64,000 bases of DNA from an uncultured Colwellia sp. (GTDB lineage Bacteria; Pseudomonadota; Gammaproteobacteria; Enterobacterales; Alteromonadaceae): contig CAXBNP010000016.1 in assembly GCA_963977145.1 (NCBI GenBank), forward strand, positions 18,814 to 82,813, written 5' to 3'. Both the position numbers and the translations under genes were made by a program. A model generated the notes under the pieces. That model worked only from the letters and a program-made list of their open reading frames with translations. It did not search any database and was not told the DNA's origin. How positions within the stretch are numbered: position 1 is the first letter of the stretch; every line of letters begins with the position of its first letter. Below, piece by piece: positions 58,201 to 64,000 of this stretch.

Positions 58201-59307
58201 CATAGTGCTATACAAGACTTGGTTCATGGCCTAAATATTGTCGCTCCGGCCAATGTACATTACAGCTTTGTTAACCCTAATATACCGGCTGATGCTGAAA
58301 CCGGCGTTGAACGCTTAGGTGGCGATCAAATAAAGGTGGCAATGATTTACAATGATAAAGCAGTGACTGAATTTGGTACCACCGCTTATCTAACGGCCTT
58401 TCCATTTGAATATCACAACCGTCCACCTATGGTGCAGTCTTTCAGAGCTATTGAAACCGGTGAGCGATTAACCGTCGCGATAAATCATTTTCGCTCTAAA
58501 GGTTGTTCAAGTAGTGGTGGCGTTGAAAATGAAGATAAGTTAGATGGTCAAGGTTGTTATAACCTTCGACGTGTTCAAGCGGCAGAAGCGATCACGGCTT
58601 GGTTAGCGACATATCCTACCGGTATTGCAGATGACGATATATTAATCATCGGTGATTTAAACGCTTACAGTAAAGAAGACCCAGTAAAAACCATTGAAAA
58701 TGCTGGTTTTACTAACCTTGCTCAACACTTTATCGGCGATATGGCGTATAGCTACGCTTACAAAGGCGAAATAGGTACCTTAGATCATGCTTTAGCTTCA
58801 GGGTCATTAAGCGAAAAAGTGATTGATGTTACTGAATGGCATATCAATGCTGATGAGCCAACCATTCTTGATTACAACACTGAATATAAAAGTGCTGAGC
58901 AGTTAGTGACTATGTACGACAGTAACGCTTATCGTGCATCAGATCATGATCCTGTACTCGTTGAAATCGAAGGTGTAACACCACTTATATCAGTCAAAGA
59001 AGTCCATACAGGCCTAGGTACAAAGTCTCGTTGGACGACATTTGCATTTGAGGTGCCAGAAACTTCTGTAAGCTTTACTGCGACAATTTCTGGTGGTACA
59101 GGTAACGTTGATTTATACCTTAGAGCAGGTAAAAAACCTAATACGCAGAAATTTGATTGCCGCCCTATGTTAGTAGGCAATGAAGAAAGCTGTGTAATGG
59201 ACTTACCCACTTCGGGTACTTGGTATATAAGATTGCGAGGCGAGCGTCATTACAGTGATGTAACCCTAACAATGGAAGCGTTATATCCAGAGCCGATAAA
59301 TAACTAG
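55249..59307 (+). CDS. Giant secreted nuclease: Endonuclease I domain + 2 lamin-tail (LTD) domains + ExeM/NucH-type EEP nuclease + PPC domain
   Basis: Endonuclease I motifs are NREHVWPKSHGF, DIHHLRPTDISVNSSRGNLDF, KGDVARMVFYMDTRYE and QGNRNPFIDHPEW. A (GGGDT)n linker follows. The two LTD repeats begin LFISEYVEGSSYNKALELYN and IFISEYIEGSSLNKALEFYN. The EEP domain runs from LRIASFNVLNYFNG to YRASDHDPVLVEI. The C-terminal GGTGNVDLYLRAGKKP is PPC-like. Confidence 0.85.
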   Translation: MKLKSPILFAYFCASLAQASDIADACFNCPPLDKVADATSFNDGNYYADAFAAINSNLSASEIKTKITNAISQNHKNLSYSEVWSALTQTDEDPTNTANVILLYSGISLAKMSNGSGSQSTNPDNWNREHVWPKSHGFSSSSLEAYTDIHHLRPTDISVNSSRGNLDFDNSDAPLSEAPENRVDNDSFEPRDSVKGDVARMVFYMDTRYEGSDATPDLQVVDRLTAVGESEIGRLCRLLEWHAADPVDATEQNRHNRIYEYQGNRNPFIDHPEWVNLLFSAEACTGTGGGDTGGGGDTGGGGDTGGGGDTGGGDTGTPSSSALFISEYVEGSSYNKALELYNASGNEIDLTADNYQLGRFSNGGTTASMINLSGKVAANGTFVIANSRAADAIQSLADQLSGSLSHNGDDAYVLYKNNEVVDAFGLVGEDPGSAWGSDTYTTKDNTLRRNSNVVSGDTIIDDAFDPAQQWTGFGKDVFSDLGQHVVINPEIFISEYIEGSSLNKALEFYNPSGNAVDLSAGNYQLGRFSNGSTSATMINLDGVIAGNSVYVIANSGAAAAILDVANQISNSVSHNGDDAYVLYKDSVVIDSIGRVGEDPGSQWGSDLQSTKDNTLVRKSSISVGDTIIDDIFDPALEWDGYANNTFDFIGSHESNGGEDPISLIGECAEQATLISAVQGAEFSSPLVGETHIIEGVVTGSFPALNGFFMQEEAIDQDADPLTSEGIFVALASGEYPAVNSVVRVIGNIAESYGKTQISSTEAPLDCGVDSVLASNLTLPFSSSAARESIEGMLVTISDTLTVTDNYSLGRYGEVALSNGRLYVPTNIHLPGSAQYSALAAQNALNKVTLDDGINGSNPENIIYPTNGLSAANTLRAGDSVTALTGVVDYSYGNYRIIPVEAPTFDSVNLRTDAPELASGNLRIASFNVLNYFNGDGLDGGFPTSRGADSIEEFDRQRSKIIAAITKMDADIIGLLEMENDGFGEHSAIQDLVHGLNIVAPANVHYSFVNPNIPADAETGVERLGGDQIKVAMIYNDKAVTEFGTTAYLTAFPFEYHNRPPMVQSFRAIETGERLTVAINHFRSKGCSSSGGVENEDKLDGQGCYNLRRVQAAEAITAWLATYPTGIADDDILIIGDLNAYSKEDPVKTIENAGFTNLAQHFIGDMAYSYAYKGEIGTLDHALASGSLSEKVIDVTEWHINADEPTILDYNTEYKSAEQLVTMYDSNAYRASDHDPVLVEIEGVTPLISVKEVHTGLGTKSRWTTFAFEVPETSVSFTATISGGTGNVDLYLRAGKKPNTQKFDCRPMLVGNEESCVMDLPTSGTWYIRLRGERHYSDVTLTMEALYPEPINN
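56110..56196 (+). repeat. 18-bp in-frame tandem repeat, about 4.8 copies, encoding the GGGDTG linker
   Basis: GGTGGCGGTGATACCGGC occurs four times exactly (56110-56181), followed by a diverged GGTGGCGACACGGGC. Confidence 0.95.
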
Positions 59308-59404
59308 TCAGGCAATAATTAGCGATATATTGGCTGTTGAAATTAATAACCCAAAAAGGTATCGCTGACTTGGCATAAAGCTAAAGTCTTTGATAATGAT
59401 AAAA

Positions 59405-59435
59405 ACATCTGCCGATTTGGCGGATGTTTTTTTTT
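59405..59435 (+). terminator. Intrinsic terminator of the large nuclease gene
   Basis: ACATCTGCC pairs with GGCGGATGT (one G-U pair), followed by a T9 run. Confidence 0.85.
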
Positions 59436-60041
59436 GCTTTTATCACTATAAACCAGGTGTTTACTTTTGACATTTATTAACCATGCTTAAAAAATAATGC
59501 CAAAGTTTTACGACGCTAAAATATCATCAGGTGGATAGTGTTCCTCTTTTATAGCTGCAAAGCAAAAGCTAGTCATCCTTTCTAAGTCACGAATTTTATT
59601 TTCATCGTAGGCACGTCAGGGACGTAAACGCTACACAAAGCTGTCTTAGCATAGTCGAATAGTGATTAAAACATGGTCATTATTCTCATGGTAACTCATG
59701 AGCAAAACCAATAAAACTCCCCGCTACTAATACTGCTTAACAGATCAGCGCTATATGAAAGCACTTAAAGTTAATAGCCGCTAAAAAGTCAGCCTGTTAT
59801 GAAAAAAATCATCTCTCGTGAAGCGAGACCATAAAAATTGTTCACTGGTTAAACACAACCTAAAATCTATCATGATATCTTCAGCGACTTTAACAGTTAT
59901 TGCTTGAATACTTGAACATAAAAACGATCTCCGGTGCTGAAATTCATGAAATACCAATCAACCAATATCGCCTTAATGTGCTACTGTTTGTACAACTAAG
60001 CAGAGAAAACTAATTTCTGTTTTCTCCACGGTAATAATGAA

Positions 60042-60482
60042 GTGAATAATATGAACGAAAAAATACTTGTCGGCGCTAGAGAAACTATAAATTTACCAGA
60101 ACTGAAGCTATTTGATGTCGTCACAAGAATTGATACCGGCGCTCAAACTTCATCGCTCCATGTTGACCATATTTCTGAAAATAAAGAAACCGGCATGTTG
60201 GATTTTGAATTTCACCCGGATTCTCATGATGTCAGTAAAACAATTAAATGCTCAGCAAAGATAGTTGATAAAAAACGAATCAAATCTTCTAATGGAGAAA
60301 TGGAACGTCGATATATTATTAACACATTAGCTGTAATGGGAGAACTAAAATGGACTATAAGGCTCTCACTCACCAACAGATCAAGCATGAATCATCTGAT
60401 GCTACTAGGGCGAGAAGCGATGAAAGGTGTAATGTTGGTCGATCCAGAGTTTAATTATCTGGCCTCATTGGAAAAAGCTTAG
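60042..60482 (+). CDS. RimK-associated 'ATP-dependent zinc protease' / retropepsin-like domain protein (orphan)
   Basis: LVGARETINLPELKLFDVVTRIDTGAQTSSLHVDHI matches the conserved N-terminal block of this family. No rimK gene is adjacent. Confidence 0.65.
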   Translation: MNNMNEKILVGARETINLPELKLFDVVTRIDTGAQTSSLHVDHISENKETGMLDFEFHPDSHDVSKTIKCSAKIVDKKRIKSSNGEMERRYIINTLAVMGELKWTIRLSLTNRSSMNHLMLLGREAMKGVMLVDPEFNYLASLEKA

Positions 60483-60578
60483 CTAAGTTTTGTCCACGTT
60501 TATCAAGCTAAAAAATGTACCAATGCCAAGCATAGCAATGCATTTTCAGAACATGGTTTTCAATATCCTCAAGTAGTA

Positions 60579-60620
60579 GATTAAGCTATTGATTAAGTTT
60601 TTTAACAAAATAGCTTAATC
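60579..60620. terminator. 12-bp perfect hairpin between convergent genes
   Basis: GATTAAGCTATT (60579-60590) pairs with AATAGCTTAATC (60609-60620). A second hairpin, CGGTAATAA/TTATTACCG, lies at 60719-60740. Confidence 0.4.
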
Positions 60621-60833
60621 AAAGCACGTAATAATAAAGCTTAACATGCTCAGTTTTTACTTTGTCAAAGATATACTCGTCAGCAAAATTGCAAAATATT
60701 TAGCCCTTAATAAATGCACGGTAATAATGTGTTATTACCGCGCCTTGAATAAATTTCAACCCGAGCTTTTAGCTGATTGATGCCTGTTAAACCACCTATA
60801 ATTAGCGGCTATAAATAGTTATAGGATCGTCAA

Positions 60834-61556
60834 CTACTTTTTTAATGGTTTACCTTTAGCGATTAAAAGCTTTTCCGATTTTAGGCTGTTAAAAATTAAT
60901 CCTGCTATGTTTACTGATTCGCTTTGCGGATCGGTAATACCGTCCTCAGCTTTGTAATTTTCTTTCGTGCTCTTTTCCATAGTCCAGATCATTTTGTCAT
61001 TTGCATTAAGAAAAAGACTGCTTTGTGTAGATACAATATAGGCCTCATCAAAATATGCTGGCTCACGAACACTTTTCCAAGTTTGAATATAGTAATTATA
61101 GTAGCCCGGATATCCAGGATAATTAGGGTAACCGGGGTAATTTACTTTTTGAATATTGGTTACTAAGGTTTTTTTCGAAGGCACATAGACCGACTGGTTA
61201 TCCACTGATTTAGTTCGAACAATGAGTATGCCGTCGAAGCCCTTTTCACTGAACACATTTTCCATATTTTTATGTTCATACTTTACGCCTGGTGGCAAAA
61301 ACTTCAAACTAGCTACAGCTTCAACTCCCGAATTTTCACTGATTTTTTTGGCAATTTTTTCCTCAAAGGCTCTTCTGCTTGACAAGTTTTTGAACACGCC
61401 AATAACCACAATTTTTTTCAACGGGCCGCCCTTGTATTCCGAGTCGCTCCATGTCGCGACACTTTGTCTTGTACTACAAGAGGAAATAGCCAATAGCATT
61501 AAAATGCTGACACAAAGACAAGCCTTATATCTGGTGGATATTTTAACTTTAAACAT
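60834..61556 (-). CDS. Lipoprotein with a Tyr/Pro/Gly-rich segment (DUF4136-like)
   Basis: Lipobox LLAISSC. Low-complexity stretch NYPGYPNYPGYPGYYNYY. No catalytic motif. Confidence 0.55.
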   Translation of the reverse strand: MFKVKISTRYKACLCVSILMLLAISSCSTRQSVATWSDSEYKGGPLKKIVVIGVFKNLSSRRAFEEKIAKKISENSGVEAVASLKFLPPGVKYEHKNMENVFSEKGFDGILIVRTKSVDNQSVYVPSKKTLVTNIQKVNYPGYPNYPGYPGYYNYYIQTWKSVREPAYFDEAYIVSTQSSLFLNANDKMIWTMEKSTKENYKAEDGITDPQSESVNIAGLIFNSLKSEKLLIAKGKPLKK

Positions 61557-61571
61557 GCTTTATACCTTATA

Positions 61572-61745
61572 TTATTTAGTTGTTTGAACTGTAAGTTTAA
61601 TCCAGACATTATCACCTTCAGAGCGAATATCTCTGATCAGGTTTTTATCTTGGGCCAGAACATTGAAGAGACTCTGTTCTGCGTGTACAGAGGCCATCAT
61701 CAATAAACCAATCAATAAACCAATCAATAAAATTAAAGCTTTCAT
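61572..61745 (-). CDS. Small secreted protein (57 aa)
   Basis: ATG 61745 is preceded by an AAAGGA RBS and gives MKALILLIGLLIGLLMMASVHA (signal peptide) plus 35 residues. It ends 15 nt upstream of the lipoprotein gene. The track ORF start at 61856 has no RBS. Confidence 0.5.
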   Translation of the reverse strand: MKALILLIGLLIGLLMMASVHAEQSLFNVLAQDKNLIRDIRSEGDNVWIKLTVQTTK

Positions 61746-61923
61746 AATTTTTCCTTTAAGTGTGTTGGTAATGTTTTTTATGGTGACAATTCCCCACACT
61801 AATTTAGACTCATGACAGTAAAATAAAGTCACATATAGCCGTATAAATTTATACATTCAATAAAATGGCCAAGGTGATTTTCAAAATATTATCTATCAAA
61901 AACAAAATACTTTGATTACTTTA

Positions 61924-61962
61924 TGACTATTTGCTTAAATTAGTTTGTGACTATTTGCTTAA
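61924..61962 (+). promoter_or_regulatory. Direct repeat TGACTATTTGCTTAA x2 upstream of htpX
   Basis: Identical 15-mers at 61924-61938 and 61948-61962 (24-nt period), 47 nt upstream of the htpX ATG. Confidence 0.35.
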
Positions 61963-62008
61963 CGACCTTGTCTATAAAGTTGTTATTTATAAAATTAAGG
62001 TGTGAAGG

Positions 62009-62878
62009 ATGAGAATTTTACTGTTTTTGGCCACTAACATTGCCATTATGGCAATTTTAAGTATTACATTTAGCTTATTGGGTATCGAAGGATTATTAGC
62101 GGAAAACGGGGTCGATTTGAACCTGCAATCGTTACTTATTTATGCCGCTGTTATCGGCTTTAGCGGCTCATTTATATCCTTATTTATTGCTAAGTTTATG
62201 GCAAAAAGAACAATGGGAGTCCATGTAATTGATACGCCAAGCGATGAGACTGAACGTTGGTTGCTTAAAACCGTGCAAGCGCAAGCTGCAAAAGCAAATA
62301 TTGGCATGCCTGAAGTGGGCGTATTTGATCACCCGTCACCCAATGCTTTTGCCACTGGCTGGAATAGAAATAATGCACTGGTAGCGGTTAGTACCGGTTT
62401 GTTAAGTCACATGAGTCGAAATGAAGTAGAAGCTGTACTTGCCCATGAAGTAAGCCACGTAGCCAATGGTGATATGGTAACCATGACTCTACTTCAAGGT
62501 GTTTTAAATACCTTCGTTGTTTTCTTGTCACGCATTATCGGCCATGTGGTCGACCGCAGCGTATTTAACGTAAAAACCGGTCACGGCCCTGCATATTGGA
62601 TTGTTTCAATTGTGGCTCAAATCGTATTAGGTTTGTTGGCGTCAATGATCATGATGTGGTTTTCTCGTTATAGAGAATTTAAAGCCGATGCCGGTGGCGC
62701 TTTACTTGCTGGGCGGCAAAATATGATTGCGGCGCTAAGTAAACTAGAACAACTACAAAATGCACCACAGTTACCAAAAGAAATGTCAGCATTTGCCATT
62801 AGCTCAGGTAAAATGACGGCGCTTTTTTCAAGTCATCCGCCATTAGCAAAACGAATAGCCTCACTTAGGATGAATTAA
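62009..62878 (+). CDS. htpX: Membrane zinc protease HtpX (M48)
   Basis: MRILLFLATNIAIM..., the HEVSHVANGD zinc motif, FSSHPPLAKRI at the C-terminus, and a length of 289 aa. Confidence 0.92.
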   Translation: MRILLFLATNIAIMAILSITFSLLGIEGLLAENGVDLNLQSLLIYAAVIGFSGSFISLFIAKFMAKRTMGVHVIDTPSDETERWLLKTVQAQAAKANIGMPEVGVFDHPSPNAFATGWNRNNALVAVSTGLLSHMSRNEVEAVLAHEVSHVANGDMVTMTLLQGVLNTFVVFLSRIIGHVVDRSVFNVKTGHGPAYWIVSIVAQIVLGLLASMIMMWFSRYREFKADAGGALLAGRQNMIAALSKLEQLQNAPQLPKEMSAFAISSGKMTALFSSHPPLAKRIASLRMN

Positions 62879-62892
62879 AGAAGGGATCAATA

Positions 62893-64000
62893 GTGTTATC
62901 ACGTTTGGTTAATTTCATGCCGGGTTTAAACACCTTGTGCAACTATGAAAGACAATGGTTTGCTGATGATGTTAAAGCCGCATTATCTGTCGCCGCAGTT
63001 GCGTTACCTGTGGCTATAGCTTATGCCCAACTAACAGGTGTTAATGCGGCTGTGGGTCTATACTCCTGTGTCTTACCTATGTTGGTCTATGCTTTATTTG
63101 GTACATCTAAACAATTGATTGTAGGTCCCGATGCAGCGACCTGTGCCGTTATTGCGGCACTGATAACCCCATTAGCAGCAGGTGACAGCATTAAGCATTG
63201 GCAATTAGTTATCACTATGACAGCTATGACCGGTTTTTGGTGCATAATTGCCAGTCGATTTAAGCTCGGTGTTTTGGCTGACTTTTTGTCCAAACCTATT
63301 TTAATGGGGCTATTAAATGGTGTCGCAATTACCGTTATTGTCGGTCAGTTTTCTAAAGTGTTTGGCTTTACCTTTGATGAAAGGTACTTGCTTGAGCGCT
63401 TAGGTGGCGTGCCGACCTATTTAGAACAAACACACTTTCCAACCTTAGCAATCGCCTTACTCACCCTAGGTATTTATTTTGCTATTAAACGATTAAAGCC
63501 CGCTTGGCCAGCATCTATGTTCGCTATTGCGTTGGGCGCAACCTTAGTCTGGTTGTTTAATTTAGAGCAATTCGGCATAAAAACCATCGGCATTGTCGAC
63601 GGTGGCTTACCTTTATTTCAAACACCCAACTTTAACCTTGGTATTATTCGTGAGTTAGTCGTGCCGGCGCTTAACTTAGCCATAGTAAGCTTTGTCAGTA
63701 TGATGTTAACGGCCCGCAGTTTTGCCGCAAAAAATGGCTATGATATTGATGCCGATAAAGAATTTATGGCCTTGGGCATTGCTAACATAGCGTCGGCTTT
63801 ATCACAAGGTTTTGCGGTCAGTGGCGCATCATCTCGCACCGCAGTAAATGATGCCAATGGTGGTAAAACGCAATTAGTTTCTATCATCGCGGCTGGCATT
63901 ATTGCCATTATTGCCATTTACTTCACCGCACCACTTAAATTTATTCCCAGTGCTGCATTGGGTATTGTGTTGATTATTGCGTCTATACACCTACTAGATT
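62893..64000 (+). CDS. SulP-family inorganic anion transporter (5' part; continues beyond the window end)
   Basis: The frame stays open from GTG 62893 (or ATG 62917) to the window end. ALSVAAVALPVAIAYAQLTGVNAAVGLYSCVLPMLVYALFGTSKQLIVGPDAATCAV is the conserved SulP N-terminal block. It is missing from the ORF track because it has no stop. Confidence 0.85.
   Translation, partial: MLSRLVNFMPGLNTLCNYERQWFADDVKAALSVAAVALPVAIAYAQLTGVNAAVGLYSCVLPMLVYALFGTSKQLIVGPDAATCAVIAALITPLAAGDSIKHWQLVITMTAMTGFWCIIASRFKLGVLADFLSKPILMGLLNGVAITVIVGQFSKVFGFTFDERYLLERLGGVPTYLEQTHFPTLAIALLTLGIYFAIKRLKPAWPASMFAIALGATLVWLFNLEQFGIKTIGIVDGGLPLFQTPNFNLGIIRELVVPALNLAIVSFVSMMLTARSFAAKNGYDIDADKEFMALGIANIASALSQGFAVSGASSRTAVNDANGGKTQLVSIIAAGIIAIIAIYFTAPLKFIPSAALGIVLIIASIHLLD

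Noticed and set aside
1-64000. A search for tRNA, rRNA, tmRNA, CRISPR arrays, IS elements, integrases, prophage genes or known defence systems.
   Set aside because: I recognised none on either strand. This was a by-eye search, so small or divergent elements could have been missed. tRNAscan, Infernal and defence-system HMM scans would settle it.

Overview
This is an AT-rich chromosomal segment of a marine gammaproteobacterium. The gene content looks Alteromonadales/Colwellia-like, which is inference only. I count about 45 protein-coding genes. I saw no rRNA, tRNA, CRISPR array, transposase, integrase, phage gene or recognisable defence system. Backbone genes are a partial ybiT, cbpA, a stand-alone dnaK, nhaB-dsbB, nagZ, htpX, a cyclophilin, a TrmH-type methyltransferase, MscS, a lytic transglycosylase and a partial SulP permease. 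Signalling genes are two large PAS-GGDEF-EAL proteins, a Crp/Fnr-type regulator, a CadC-like/TPR regulator and a TetR regulator. The secreted hydrolase set is unusually dense: three small metzincin-like proteins (one with a PEP-CTERM tail), a 1132-aa S8 subtilase, an M2/ACE-like peptidase and two Endonuclease-I family nucleases (one a 1352-aa fusion with an ExeM/NucH module). RNA and DNA-level features I can support are listed here.
- A textbook guanidine-II (mini-ykkC) riboswitch sits in front of sugE/gdx.
- Several intrinsic terminators are present, including two orphan ones that suggest sRNAs.
- There is a perfect 622-bp tandem duplication that ends in an array of short repeats.
- There are phased palindromes in front of a SatD/DUF3307 pair.
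- A TGTCA-N6-TGACA palindrome occurs upstream of both dnaK and cbpA, next to the Crp-type regulator.
- A C10 tract lies inside cbpA.

I found no clear-cut novel multi-gene system. The best candidates for follow-up are the Crp-type regulator/dnaK/cbpA motif link, the SatD/DUF3307 module with its operator array, the riboswitch-gdx-ACT operon with its duplication and repeat array, and the metzincin-plus-partner gene pairs.
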